IMG/VR virus record: IMGVR_UViG_3300027668_002455
Coordinates: 64,001-128,000 of that record
From: a virus
Strand: one strand, 5' to 3'
DNA length: 64,000 bases
Shown in pieces: positions 18,070 to 28,467 of the stretch (positions are counted from its first letter, which is position 1; each line of letters opens with the position of its first letter). The position numbers and the translations under genes are program-made. The notes beneath the pieces are model-generated. The model worked only from the letters and a program-made list of their open reading frames with translations, searched no databases and was not told the origin of the DNA.

Positions 18070-19164
18070 ATGAAAGTTAAATTCTTAGATTTATCTAAAC
18101 AAAATAAATACATAAAGAAAAAATTAATGTCAGAATTTTCTGATATTATTGACAATACGGCTTATGTTTCTGGAAAAAGAGTAGAAGCCTTTGAACAGTC
18201 TTTTGCAGAATATTGTGATGCAAAATACTGCGTAGCTACGAGCAGCGGAACCTCCGCATTACACTTAGCTCTCTCATGCTATAAACATAAGGGAGAAGTA
18301 TTAACTACCCCCAACAGTTTCATAGCTACAAGCGAAGCTATTTCCTACTGTCCAGATTTAAAACATAAATTTGTAGATGTAAATTGGACTGGAAATATGG
18401 ATTTTGAGGAAGCTGTCAAAAAAACAAATTCCAAAACCCGCTTTATACTTCCCACGAGTCTCTATGGCAATCCGTGTGACTTATTTAGCCTAAAGGTTAT
18501 AGCAAATCATAGTAACTCTGTGTTAATAAACGACGCAGCACAGGCACACGGAGCAACCCTTAACGGAAAAAAAATTGCCTCTCAAATCATGCTGACGTGC
18601 TTTAGTTTTTATCCGGGAAAAAATCTAGGAACCTGCGGAGAAGGGGGCGCTGTAGTTACTAATTCCAAACAGCTTTACGAATTAATGAAGTGCTTGTCAA
18701 GCCATGGACAAACCAGAAAGTATTATCACTCTTTAGTGGGGTATAATTATAGAATGAGTGAGATAGAAGCCGCAGCCCTGAATATTAAATTACCTTATCT
18801 AGATGAGTGGACTGATCAGAGAATCGAAGCCGCGCATAGATATAGAGTTAATTTAGCAGAGAATAAAAAAGTTAAGATGCTGCAAGTGAAAGAAAATAAC
18901 CGTTGCGTTTACCACATCTTTCCCATCTTCATTAAAAACAGAAATAAGGTTCAAGCCGAACTACTCAAAGAGGGGGTACAAAGTGCCCTTCACTACCCAA
19001 AACCCATACACCTTCAGAAAGCCTATCAATACTTAAAGCACAAAAGGGGAGATTTTCCAGTAGCTGAAAAACAGGCGTCCATGGAGTTAAGTTTACCCAT
19101 CTATCCGGGAATAACCACGAAAGAAATTGATTATGTTTGTAAAAAATTGGAAGACATTTTATGA
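18070..19164 (+). CDS. DegT/DnrJ/EryC1/StrS aminotransferase (WbpE/WlbC-like)
   Basis: SSGTSALHLAL, DAAQAHGA, FSFYPGKNLG, GYNYRM, LSLPIYP. Confidence 0.92.
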   Translation: MKVKFLDLSKQNKYIKKKLMSEFSDIIDNTAYVSGKRVEAFEQSFAEYCDAKYCVATSSGTSALHLALSCYKHKGEVLTTPNSFIATSEAISYCPDLKHKFVDVNWTGNMDFEEAVKKTNSKTRFILPTSLYGNPCDLFSLKVIANHSNSVLINDAAQAHGATLNGKKIASQIMLTCFSFYPGKNLGTCGEGGAVVTNSKQLYELMKCLSSHGQTRKYYHSLVGYNYRMSEIEAAALNIKLPYLDEWTDQRIEAAHRYRVNLAENKKVKMLQVKENNRCVYHIFPIFIKNRNKVQAELLKEGVQSALHYPKPIHLQKAYQYLKHKRGDFPVAEKQASMELSLPIYPGITTKEIDYVCKKLEDIL

Positions 19165-20051
19165 AAGTAAAAATTTTAGGATGGAAAAACGAAGAGCTCT
19201 CTATTGTTAATAGATTAGAGCGGGGCTTCATAGAGCTTGGGCATGAGGTTGTTTTTTTTAATGAAACACCAGATCTACTAATAGCCATCAACCCAGATGT
19301 TTATAGTGATGCCATTGAGGAGGAGGTCACAGAGGATGGGTTGAAAATTTTTAATGTTCTCGATGTACCAGAGCATCTCCTTGACACCTACCCTATTAAT
19401 GATATCAAAGAGCAGCTAAAAGAAGCAGACGTAATCACATCTATCTCTCACTTTACAAAAAAACAAATAAAAAAATATTTCAAGAAAAACGCCCAAGTAG
19501 TTTATACCCCCTCCTTAGAGATAGAAAACATTCCGCGCAATAAAGACATTGATTTTTTGTACGTAGGTAGAGCCACAGACCCCAATAAAAGATTTGATTT
19601 AATTGTCAACGGAATGAGAGACGCTGGAATGCCCCTTTCCAGCCTTACAGTGTGTGGCCCTGATCCAATTTCTTGCGGGATTTATCGCGGACTTGTGACC
19701 TCAACGCACCTTAATGAATTATACAATCAAGCAAAAGTAGTTCTATTGCCATCAAAACTTGAGGGCGTAGGGTTAAGTATGATAGAGGGAGCCATGGCAC
19801 AAGCAGTCCCTCTCACCTGTAGTGATAATAAAACTGTAAAAGAGTTTGGACTTGAAGAGTTTTGCGCGGAACCAGATCCCGAGAGCTATGGAAGGGCAAT
19901 GATGAAGACGTTAATAAATTTTTTAGAAAAAAAACAACGAGTACAAGAAATTGTAAAAGAACAAGATCTTTTTAATAAATTTGACAAAAAAACAGTTGCT
20001 CAAAAATACATCGATATTTATGAAAATAGGATTAATAGCGTCGGCGTATAA
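19161..20051 (+). CDS. GT4-like glycosyltransferase
   Basis: LYVGR..DPNKR, PSKLEGVGLSMIEG. Confidence 0.8.
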   Translation: MKVKILGWKNEELSIVNRLERGFIELGHEVVFFNETPDLLIAINPDVYSDAIEEEVTEDGLKIFNVLDVPEHLLDTYPINDIKEQLKEADVITSISHFTKKQIKKYFKKNAQVVYTPSLEIENIPRNKDIDFLYVGRATDPNKRFDLIVNGMRDAGMPLSSLTVCGPDPISCGIYRGLVTSTHLNELYNQAKVVLLPSKLEGVGLSMIEGAMAQAVPLTCSDNKTVKEFGLEEFCAEPDPESYGRAMMKTLINFLEKKQRVQEIVKEQDLFNKFDKKTVAQKYIDIYENRINSVGV

Positions 20052-20784
20052 TTGTGCACAGTTCTTAGAAGACTGTCTAGAGCCTTGGGGATTTTTTAAA
20101 AAACACAGTGAGCACGAGCTATGCTGTAGCTTTATCCATAATTGTTTTAAAGAAAACAAAGAGCTTCACTTGCCTATTGAATCAAATGATGATACAGCTA
20201 AAATTTTAGAACAAAAATATGACGACGGGACAATAGACTACTATAACTTTTCAACGGAACACCTTAAAGAGCACGAGGCCAGAAATGTATGTTTGAAAAA
20301 TGTGCTCCAAGAAAATGTAGATTACGTATGGACACTGGGGCTAGACGAGCTTTATACTGTTGATGAAATAAAAAAGACACTAGCCTTTGTAGAGGCCAAC
20401 CCCTTTGTAGATTGGTTCAAAATTAATTATAAAAACTACATCTTTGATGGTACACAGTGGGTGGATGGATTTTGTCCTCCTAGGATTTTTAAAGTAAATA
20501 CACACGCAGGATTAAAAGAGTTATATTATGATGATGATTTTGTTTATACAGACGGAACTGATTACAAAAAGTTATCTAACCTAGAAGTCCCCAAGGTAAT
20601 TGCCCACGTCAAGCATATGACTTGGCTTCATAGTAACGGTAAAGCTAAAGTTGAATACCAAAAATTACGCTGGGGAGACAACGGGTGCAGTTATTCGTGG
20701 GACTATAAAGAGAATAAATTGAAATTTAATGAAAATTTTTATAAGATTACCAATAAATCCTTACCAATTATAAATTATGAGTGA
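20020..20784 (+). CDS. GT2-like glycosyltransferase
   Basis: IASAYNC...L, EARN.CL, degenerate DxD (GLDE), PPRIF, VKHMTW. Confidence 0.6.
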   Translation: MKIGLIASAYNCAQFLEDCLEPWGFFKKHSEHELCCSFIHNCFKENKELHLPIESNDDTAKILEQKYDDGTIDYYNFSTEHLKEHEARNVCLKNVLQENVDYVWTLGLDELYTVDEIKKTLAFVEANPFVDWFKINYKNYIFDGTQWVDGFCPPRIFKVNTHAGLKELYYDDDFVYTDGTDYKKLSNLEVPKVIAHVKHMTWLHSNGKAKVEYQKLRWGDNGCSYSWDYKENKLKFNENFYKITNKSLPIINYE

Positions 20785-21715
20785 AGAACGCGAAATGAAA
20801 TTGTGGCTTTGCGGGATAACGCAAAACCGCCTTAAAGATATCGACGAAATGACCAAGGACATCCATCAATATTTTGATGGCCTTATTTTTGTTGACGGTT
20901 ACTCTACCGATGGAACTTTTGAACTTCTTCAAGAAAGACAGGGGGAAGGCAAGATCCTTCAGCGAAGATGGACAAATGACCATGATTTTCAAATGAATGA
21001 GTTCTTGCGCCAAGGACCGATGAAAAATGGGGACTGGTTCGTAACGCTAGATTCCCCTGATAGATTAGTTGTGAAATGGGCTGAGCAACTAAAAGAGGAA
21101 ATAAAAGGGCTTCACAAAGAAAAAGTGGGAGGTATCGGGATGGCTGGAAAAGTTTATTTAGCACAATATTTTGATCATATGTTTTATTTTCACACCCCTC
21201 ACTGGGGGTTAAATGGAATCGTGAATCAAATAAAGAACTACTCTGAAGAAGAAAAAAAAGAATACATAACAAGTGTTCGATTTGATGATCCAGTAAATTC
21301 AGCACTGCTGCACCCCGTAAAATATTACTATGTTTATGGTCGGTCAAATCACTGTAACTTGCTTTACCAGCAGTTTGGAAATGATGTTTTACAATTTCAT
21401 GAATCTCAGCGATTACAGTTTAGAATTTTTTGTCAAAACACTTTAAATCTAGATTTCACATTAGATTCCCTTGCAGAATATATGAAGACGGGTGACTGGC
21501 CTGAATATTTTTTAGAAGTTGTAGAACTCGAAGTTAATCTTAAAGACCTTTATAGGTACAGAGTTTTAGGACAGCCCTTTGAAGAAATCCTTGAAAATCG
21601 TTTTGATTGGAGTATTAAGGAATATTTTAAAACCGGCGACAAGAGCCAAAAAGATACCTCATACACCGGACCGTTTAACAGGTATCGAGCCGAGCTTGGA
21701 GCCCTACAGGAATAA
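20777..21715 (+). CDS. GT2-like glycosyltransferase
   Basis: FVDGYSTDGT, LDSPD. Confidence 0.65.
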   Translation: MSEEREMKLWLCGITQNRLKDIDEMTKDIHQYFDGLIFVDGYSTDGTFELLQERQGEGKILQRRWTNDHDFQMNEFLRQGPMKNGDWFVTLDSPDRLVVKWAEQLKEEIKGLHKEKVGGIGMAGKVYLAQYFDHMFYFHTPHWGLNGIVNQIKNYSEEEKKEYITSVRFDDPVNSALLHPVKYYYVYGRSNHCNLLYQQFGNDVLQFHESQRLQFRIFCQNTLNLDFTLDSLAEYMKTGDWPEYFLEVVELEVNLKDLYRYRVLGQPFEEILENRFDWSIKEYFKTGDKSQKDTSYTGPFNRYRAELGALQE

Positions 21716-21718
21716 AAA

Positions 21719-22075
21719 ATGATTAACCTCGCAGTCAGCGAAGCTTATGCTTTTGATTACTTGGCCATCTTACAAATAAAATGTGAGATAGACCCAAAGA
21801 AAAACTTTGCAAATTATGCTGGCTGCGTAACCCGTGTTATTGATGAAATTAATGACAACGATAAATGGAACGAAGTAATGAATTCTGTGTGTTATAAAAA
21901 CCTGTACGAAGCTAACAGAAAAATTTTTGAAGCCGTTGAAGATGCTAAGGAGGATGGGGTTTTAGCCAGCTACGTAGATAGATGCAACTACGAAAGATTT
22001 CTGGCCAAAAAAGCATTACAGGAAAAGTTTTTTCCTGAAGAAAAATTTAATGAAAAAAAACTGGGATACAAATAA
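21719..22075 (+). CDS. Small helical protein associated with glycosyltransferase clusters (DUF6165-like)
   Basis: VSE..AFDYLAILQIK, L...N..I, N.ER..AK pattern. Confidence 0.5.
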   Translation: MINLAVSEAYAFDYLAILQIKCEIDPKKNFANYAGCVTRVIDEINDNDKWNEVMNSVCYKNLYEANRKIFEAVEDAKEDGVLASYVDRCNYERFLAKKALQEKFFPEEKFNEKKLGYK

Positions 22076-22078
22076 AAC

Positions 22079-22987
22079 ATGTATCCAGAACATCACAATG
22101 AAACCACTGTCGTGCAGGGCTCAGATAATGCCATAGAGGTAAGGCCACCTGAGAATGCAAAGGTCGGCATTGTTAACAGTGGGGGAGGCATAGGGGACAA
22201 GATACAATTTGCCTCTATGCCTGAAAATTATTATTATAGTTTTGGAAAAAAGTTAGTAGACTTGCAGCATCTATGGGTTTACGACCATAATCCGTATGTC
22301 GAAAGACTCGGCCCTGACAATGGAGGAGTCATGGACGGAACAGTGGGTGTTGCAATAGATCTTTACAAAAATCAGCTTTTCTTCAAAGAGGGTGATAAGC
22401 CTCTCATAGGTTTAATAAAATTCAAAGATGAAAAATCTTACGTTTCTCAACCCGATAGATTTAAACAGCTATTTAACATACCCCGTGTTCGATTAAGGCA
22501 CCCACGGCTCTACCGATTCGAAGAATTGCAGGGAGAAAAATTGGGGATTGTTACTGTTCATACTACTGGAAAATCTGAAGGTGGAGAAATACCCAACCAC
22601 GTTATTGATCAAATAGCTGAGAACTATAAAAGCTATAGTATTTATCAAGTGGGGGGGCCAAATGATAAAGACACGCCGTTTATAGATAGACGCGGACTTG
22701 GAATGTGGGAAAGCGCCCAGTTAATTGCTTCAAGTCAAATTTTTATTGGAGTTAATAGCTCGATGATGAACATTGCTCAGTGCTACCCAAGAGTTAACAG
22801 GAAGCTTATTTTAATTGAAAACAATAAGAACTTTAAGACAAGTCACCTTGATTCTTATAAGCCCCTATGTCACTACCCAGAGGATGATGACACTGGAACC
22901 AGTTCAATGTGGGTGGACTATAACTGGCAATATTATAATGTTCATGATCACGACATAGGAATAACATATAGCTATAAAAAATTATAA
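22079..22987 (+). CDS. GT9 (heptosyltransferase-like) glycosyltransferase
   Basis: GIGDKI, QVGG..D, SA.LI..S.IFIGVNSS.M.IA. Confidence 0.65.
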   Translation: MYPEHHNETTVVQGSDNAIEVRPPENAKVGIVNSGGGIGDKIQFASMPENYYYSFGKKLVDLQHLWVYDHNPYVERLGPDNGGVMDGTVGVAIDLYKNQLFFKEGDKPLIGLIKFKDEKSYVSQPDRFKQLFNIPRVRLRHPRLYRFEELQGEKLGIVTVHTTGKSEGGEIPNHVIDQIAENYKSYSIYQVGGPNDKDTPFIDRRGLGMWESAQLIASSQIFIGVNSSMMNIAQCYPRVNRKLILIENNKNFKTSHLDSYKPLCHYPEDDDTGTSSMWVDYNWQYYNVHDHDIGITYSYKKL

Positions 22988-23046
22988 AAAAAACAGGTAA
23001 AATTTTAAAATTAGTGGAATTTCTTAATAGTCTGTAATATAATGAT

Positions 23047-24120
23047 ATGATGATAAAAGTTTTAGTGACAGGAGTCTTAGGGCAAGACGGAGCCAACATG
23101 GTAGAGTACCTACTCCGTGAAGTTGGCGATGTAAAGATCTACGGGATGATGCGTCGAAGCGCAAATCCAAATTTTATAAATACTCATAATTTTAAAAATG
23201 ACCCTAATTTTGAATTTATTTATGGTGATCTTAGCGATGATGTTAGTGTCGATAAAATTGTAAAAGACATTCAACCAGATTATTTTATTAATTTTGCAGC
23301 CAATTCATTTGTGGGATGCAGTTGGGATATGCCTCTCCAAGTGATGGATATAAATACCATCGGGGTACTGAGGTGCTTAGAAGCTATTCGTAAATTTAAA
23401 CCAGACTGTCGCTTTTATAGTGCTGGTAGTAGCGAGGAATGGGGTAACGTAGATTATTCGCCACAAGATATAAATCACCCGATTAAACCGAGAAGCCCTT
23501 ACGGAGCTTCCAAGGCAGCGGCGAGACATCTTGTAAAAGTTTATCGTGAATCCCATGATATTTTTGCGGTGCATGGCATTCTTTTTAATCACGAAGGAAC
23601 AAAACGTGGAGAGGAGTTTGTAACAAGGAAAATTACAAAAGCTGTAGCTAAAATATCCCACGAAATTAAAAATAATAAAAATATATCTACGCTCCAACTA
23701 GGGAATCTAGACGCTAAAAGAGATTGGAGTGATAGCGAGGATTTTGTTGAAGGTGTCTGGCTTATGATTAACCAAAATGAACCCAAAGATTATATTTTAT
23801 CAAGCGGAGAAACCCACTCAATTAGAGAATTTGTCGAGCTTGCTTTTTTCATAGCAGGGATTCAAGGGTACTGGGAGGGGTCAGGCGTAGAAGAAACTTA
23901 TAATCTAGAAAATTACATAGCCGAGGAACTTAATACCCAAAATCCAGTTCTTGTTAAAATAAATAAACAATTCTTTCGTCCCGCAGAGGTTGAGCTATTA
24001 CTTGGTGATTCCACCCCGATAAGAGAGGAGCTTGGGTGGACGCCTAAAGTTTCATTTGACAAACTGGTACAAAAGATGGTAGAGTTCGACCTAGATGAAA
24101 AAAAGGTCAACCAAAGCTGA
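23047..24120 (+). CDS. gmd: GDP-mannose 4,6-dehydratase
   Basis: TGVLGQDG, SSEEWG, PRSPYGASK, GILFNHE, FVTRKIT, GNLDAKRDW, RPAEV. Confidence 0.95.
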   Translation: MMIKVLVTGVLGQDGANMVEYLLREVGDVKIYGMMRRSANPNFINTHNFKNDPNFEFIYGDLSDDVSVDKIVKDIQPDYFINFAANSFVGCSWDMPLQVMDINTIGVLRCLEAIRKFKPDCRFYSAGSSEEWGNVDYSPQDINHPIKPRSPYGASKAAARHLVKVYRESHDIFAVHGILFNHEGTKRGEEFVTRKITKAVAKISHEIKNNKNISTLQLGNLDAKRDWSDSEDFVEGVWLMINQNEPKDYILSSGETHSIREFVELAFFIAGIQGYWEGSGVEETYNLENYIAEELNTQNPVLVKINKQFFRPAEVELLLGDSTPIREELGWTPKVSFDKLVQKMVEFDLDEKKVNQS

Positions 24121-24442
24121 AGCTACTCTTACTAAATACATTGTAAGTAAATTTCTTCCTCACTTGGCGCAAAGCAGGTGGCCTCACGAAAGAGCTATAG
24201 CTAAAAAGCTAGTTGAAAAATATCCCGATAAGAAATTCTGGGAGACTCTACCACCCTACCCCAAGCTGTATAGCCTGTCGTGGTTCCTGAAATTTCAATC
24301 TTACTACCTAAGCGACCACACCCTAGTTTACAAAGCTACGGGAGAACAGGTAGCAAAAGATTATAACTTTCAAAAAGAAAAAATTGGAGAAGATTTTAAA
24401 ATTGACAAAAAGCCCAAGAACACCTTAGACTTTTTTGATTAA
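24095..24442 (+). CDS. Hypothetical replication-region protein with C-terminal TLDFF motif
   Basis: ORF between gmd and recA-like gene. Confidence 0.6.
   Translation: MKKRSTKAEATLTKYIVSKFLPHLAQSRWPHERAIAKKLVEKYPDKKFWETLPPYPKLYSLSWFLKFQSYYLSDHTLVYKATGEQVAKDYNFQKEKIGEDFKIDKKPKNTLDFFD
24402..24431 (+). promoter_or_regulatory. Possible sigma70-type promoter
   Basis: TTGACA-N18-TAGACT upstream of the recA-like gene. Confidence 0.45.
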
Positions 24443-24450
24443 ATATTATT

Positions 24451-25551
24451 ATGTCACCACGTAAGAAAAAAGAAGAAACCTCCATGGGAGGATCAGTAGA
24501 TGCCCTTTATAAGCACCTCAAGCACAGCGATGATGAACACTACTCCTTCAGTGAGGCTGTGGACTATCGTGTCTCAAGTGGAAGCCTAAACCTCGACCTG
24601 CAAATGGGTGGAGGACTAAACCCCGGCATTAATGTTTTTAGCGGGGTTGCGGGTGGTGGTAAAACTTCATGTGCATTAACCTTCGCAGCTAATTTTCAAA
24701 AAGAAACTAAAAACTCATTTGTAGTTTACATTAAGGCTGAAGGAAGAATGTCAGACAGGATTATTAAATCCACAGGCATCGATACATCAAAAGACAAGTG
24801 GTTTTTATATTCTGGAAATATTTTTGAAAACGTTGGAGCTTTAATAAAAAACTGCATTGACCAAAACCCCGATAACCTGAAGTACATGTTTATCATTGAT
24901 AGCATGGATGCCCTTATACTCAAAGATGACGCAGAAAAAGGTCTAGACCAAGCTGTCAAGGTCGCAGGGGGTGCGTTACTAACCTCGACACTGTGTAAAA
25001 GGCTCGCACTCAGGACTGCCCACAATGGTCACATTGCCTTATGTATTTGTCAGGTAAGAAGTAAGGTAAGCATTAATCCCTATGCCAAAGAAGACCCAAA
25101 GCTTTCTAATAATTCAGGCGGCAATGCGCTTCAGCACTATGCTAATTGGATTTTAGAATTTCAAAGCAACCATTACAAATCCTCTAAATTTTTTAACAAG
25201 GACAAGGATGATGCAGTCGGGCACCTATGTAAAATCGCCATACGCAAGTCCATGACCGAGAATGTAGGAAAGGTGGTGGAGTATCCAATTAAATATAAAT
25301 CTGAAAACGGAAGTGTTTGGGTGGAGCGTGAAATTATAAATCAATTAGGTGCGTGGGAGATGATAAAGAAAAGCGGTGCATGGATATCTTTTAATGAAGA
25401 AACTTTAAAAGACTTAATCGCTCAGGGCTATAGTGTAGAAGAAAAATTTCAAGGAGAAGACAATCTACTTCAATTTTTTGAAGAGAACCCCGAAGTTACT
25501 CGTTATTTTTTCACCAAATTTAAAGCGACGCTAGAATCACTATTTAAATGA
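24451..25551 (+). CDS. RecA/UvsX-like recombinase
   Basis: SSGSLNLD..MGGG, Walker A GVAGGGKTS, IIDSMDAL, CQVR, GGNALQHYA, KSGAW. Confidence 0.9.
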   Translation: MSPRKKKEETSMGGSVDALYKHLKHSDDEHYSFSEAVDYRVSSGSLNLDLQMGGGLNPGINVFSGVAGGGKTSCALTFAANFQKETKNSFVVYIKAEGRMSDRIIKSTGIDTSKDKWFLYSGNIFENVGALIKNCIDQNPDNLKYMFIIDSMDALILKDDAEKGLDQAVKVAGGALLTSTLCKRLALRTAHNGHIALCICQVRSKVSINPYAKEDPKLSNNSGGNALQHYANWILEFQSNHYKSSKFFNKDKDDAVGHLCKIAIRKSMTENVGKVVEYPIKYKSENGSVWVEREIINQLGAWEMIKKSGAWISFNEETLKDLIAQGYSVEEKFQGEDNLLQFFEENPEVTRYFFTKFKATLESLFK

Positions 25552-25964
25552 GACTTTTAAATATTCACGGAAAATTAGTTTATAAAAGCGTTGGAAAGAA
25601 ACGCATTAAGTGGAACAAAAAAAGTCGTTCCAAATTACAAACTACAGCTAAAAACTTCCTTGCTGGAATTTGGAAAAAGCATATAGTTTTTGAGGAGTTT
25701 CCTGTCTACGGAACTCGCATGTCTGTTGACTTCTTAAACGCGACAAAAAAAATTGCAATAGAAGTTAACGGCAGACAACACTCTGAATATGTGAAATTTT
25801 TCCACGGCTCTCGATTAAATTATTTTAACTCCATTAAAAGGGATGTTAAAAAAGCAGAGTGGCTGGAAATGAATGGATTTACCTTAATAGAGATAGACAG
25901 GGAAGATGTAGAGCAATTATCGGTGGAGTACATCGAAAAAGAATTTAACGTAACATTAATATAA
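25548..25964 (+). CDS. DUF559/Vsr-like endonuclease
   Basis: EEFPV, VDF, AIEVNGRQH, RD.KK..WLE.NG..LIEI. Confidence 0.75.
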   Translation: MRLLNIHGKLVYKSVGKKRIKWNKKSRSKLQTTAKNFLAGIWKKHIVFEEFPVYGTRMSVDFLNATKKIAIEVNGRQHSEYVKFFHGSRLNYFNSIKRDVKKAEWLEMNGFTLIEIDREDVEQLSVEYIEKEFNVTLI

Positions 25965-25981
25965 AGAAAAAAAAAGAATAC

Positions 25982-27559
25982 ATGTCTGAAGAAAAAAAAT
26001 TCAATGAAGATAAACTTAAATCTCTTAGATTAGAGAAGCAAGCTTTGGGTTACTTACTCAAAAGCAAAAACAAAGAACAAGACTATTATGACGTAGCGCC
26101 GATTTTAACCGAAAGGTCCTTTGTAGATATTTATAATAAAAAAATATTTAATACGATAGTGCTCTTACTTAAAAGTGGGAATGAAATTAATACTACGTCC
26201 GTAGCACAGAAGCTTTCGGATTGGAACATTACCCACAAAGATGGCAATGATATAGACAACTATCTCGGAGCAGTGAGTTTTACCCAGTCCAACAAGAAGG
26301 GTTTTGGGGAGTGCTGCAAAGACCTTTATAAGCTTTCCCTGAGGAGGGACGCTTTTGAGCGAGCCAAGGAAATTGCCGCAGCCCAATTTAGTAATGCTGA
26401 TCAGTCCCCCCTCCAAATCATGAACGAAATAAATCGAATCGTTGATGACTTTCAGATTGGAGCTACCGATGATGTTGAACCAACCTTTATTCTAGAAGGG
26501 CTAGCTGATCATATTAAGGAAAAGGCAAACTCACCCCAGAAAGCAGTAGGTATTCCGTGGCCCTACGAAGAACTTAATGATGCATGTGGAGGGTTGCGGT
26601 TTGGAGATTTACATATGATTCTGGCAGATACAGGGGCGGGAAAAACTACGCTGCTTATGGATATCGCTCTCAAAGTAGCTCTTGGCGGTCATCATGTTAT
26701 TTATCTTAATACTGAAATGCAAGACGATGAAATGAGGGATCGCCTAGGAGGTATGCTCTCAGGGATCGAGCCAATACTTATTTCAACCGGACAGCTAAGA
26801 AAAGAGGTGGTAGAGTACAATAAGTTTATTGACAAAGAGGACGAGATGGAAAGCGTAGCAGCAAAAGCGGGAAAATTTCTCATTCACAAAACAGTATCAC
26901 ATATGAGTATTGAGGAGGTTGAATCATACATCAAATACGTATATCACCGCTACGTGGGGAAAGGAAAACCCTGTTTAATTTGCTATGACTACCTTAAAAT
27001 GACGGGTGAAAAGACAGCTGGCCACAATCAAGAGTATCAAATTATCCGCAATAAGTCAGCCCAACTCAAAAGAATTGCTCTAAGTCTTAACTCTCCGGTT
27101 CTTACCGCAATTCAATCTAACAGACAGCCCGACGACGATACGTTGCCCCTCAAATCAGTCCTAAAGGTTGACTCGACAGCGATGGCTATGTCCCACAGTG
27201 CCTCTTGGGACTGTTCTTTCCTCGGGTTTTACAAACAGAAGGATGAAAGAGAGCGGGAGCTTGATGGTCTGGATCGTGGCACTCATAAAGTTGTACCATT
27301 AAAAATCCGAGCATGGGGACTTCGTGGATTAGACTATGAGAGAGCACTCAGAAGGGAAACTCCAGATGGATTAATTTTTCAAAAAAACCATATTAATCTA
27401 CAGCGCGGAATCTTTACCCTTGAACCCCGTGGAACTTTAAGTGATATCATCAACCGCTCTGACATACAGGGAAATGATCGAGAGTCTACTGACGCCACTC
27501 AGGACGAAGAAACAGCCGCAACCCCAGTAGCAGTGAGCCGTGATGATGGAACATTATAG
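25982..27559 (+). CDS. dnaB: DnaB-like replicative helicase
   Basis: Walker A ADTGAGKT, NTEM, YDYL, AIQSNR. Confidence 0.9.
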   Translation: MSEEKKFNEDKLKSLRLEKQALGYLLKSKNKEQDYYDVAPILTERSFVDIYNKKIFNTIVLLLKSGNEINTTSVAQKLSDWNITHKDGNDIDNYLGAVSFTQSNKKGFGECCKDLYKLSLRRDAFERAKEIAAAQFSNADQSPLQIMNEINRIVDDFQIGATDDVEPTFILEGLADHIKEKANSPQKAVGIPWPYEELNDACGGLRFGDLHMILADTGAGKTTLLMDIALKVALGGHHVIYLNTEMQDDEMRDRLGGMLSGIEPILISTGQLRKEVVEYNKFIDKEDEMESVAAKAGKFLIHKTVSHMSIEEVESYIKYVYHRYVGKGKPCLICYDYLKMTGEKTAGHNQEYQIIRNKSAQLKRIALSLNSPVLTAIQSNRQPDDDTLPLKSVLKVDSTAMAMSHSASWDCSFLGFYKQKDERERELDGLDRGTHKVVPLKIRAWGLRGLDYERALRRETPDGLIFQKNHINLQRGIFTLEPRGTLSDIINRSDIQGNDRESTDATQDEETAATPVAVSRDDGTL

Positions 27560-28467
27560 TGGGTGATATTAAACACATAATGATGACCTTGGGGTTTAGT
27601 AACATTACTGAGCTCGCTAAAGAATATCGAGCCCTACCGATCCATCGTGACTCAGGCAACAGCACTGTCATGTCCGTCAAAAAAGACACGGGCTACTTTG
27701 TAGATTATGGAAGAAACATATCAGGTCCGCTTGAAGAGCTCGTTCAGCTATGTCTAGAGTGCTCCCGAGAGGATGCAAAAAAATGGCTTGAATCTGAACA
27801 GGGTTTTGTGGTAACGAGGCGTCCAGTTTTTGATGCGCCAGATAAAGTTTATAAAACCCTTTCAGCCAACACCTTTGATGAAGTTATCCGTGACCACTCC
27901 TACTGGGTGGGACGCGGTATTAATGAAAACACGATGGGAGTCTTTGAGGGGGGCGTTTTTGAAAAAGGAAGAATGAAAAATCGTTATACCTTTCCCATTT
28001 TTGATGTGGACAAAAAACTTGTGGGGGTTTCCGGAAGATACATTCACCCGATAAAGAAAGATTCCAAAATACCCAAATGGAAACACATTGGAGAAAAATC
28101 AAAGTGGCAATATCCCGCGCATTTTAATGGTCACATTATAGAAGAAAAATCTTGTGCGATAATAGTAGAAAGTATAGGGGATATGCTAGCCCTTTGGGAT
28201 GCGGGTATTAAAAATGTAATAGTTAATTTTGGATTAAACGTAAGTTTTGCTATAATTAACACACTGATAAAACACGATGTAGAAAAGATTGTGTTAGCCC
28301 TAAACAACGATGAAAATCTCGCAGGGAATCAAGCCGCTCAAAAAGCTCATAAGAAACTGTTAAAATTTTTTGATAGAGATCAAATCCAAATCTGTTTTCC
28401 AACAAAAAATGATTTTGGAGAAATGCAAAAGGAGGAAATTCAAGGATGGGAAAAAACAATAAAATGA
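27559..28467 (+). CDS. DnaG-like primase (TOPRIM)
   Basis: YW..RGI, RYTFPI, GVSGR, PKWKH, IVESIGD, LALNND, NDFGEM. Confidence 0.85.
   Translation: MGDIKHIMMTLGFSNITELAKEYRALPIHRDSGNSTVMSVKKDTGYFVDYGRNISGPLEELVQLCLECSREDAKKWLESEQGFVVTRRPVFDAPDKVYKTLSANTFDEVIRDHSYWVGRGINENTMGVFEGGVFEKGRMKNRYTFPIFDVDKKLVGVSGRYIHPIKKDSKIPKWKHIGEKSKWQYPAHFNGHIIEEKSCAIIVESIGDMLALWDAGIKNVIVNFGLNVSFAIINTLIKHDVEKIVLALNNDENLAGNQAAQKAHKKLLKFFDRDQIQICFPTKNDFGEMQKEEIQGWEKTIK

Noticed and set aside
15821-24120. Host O-antigen/capsule locus (bacterial chromosome or prophage flank)
   Set aside because: No wzx/wzy/wzz or ABC export genes; the genes are contiguous and coupled with phage replication genes
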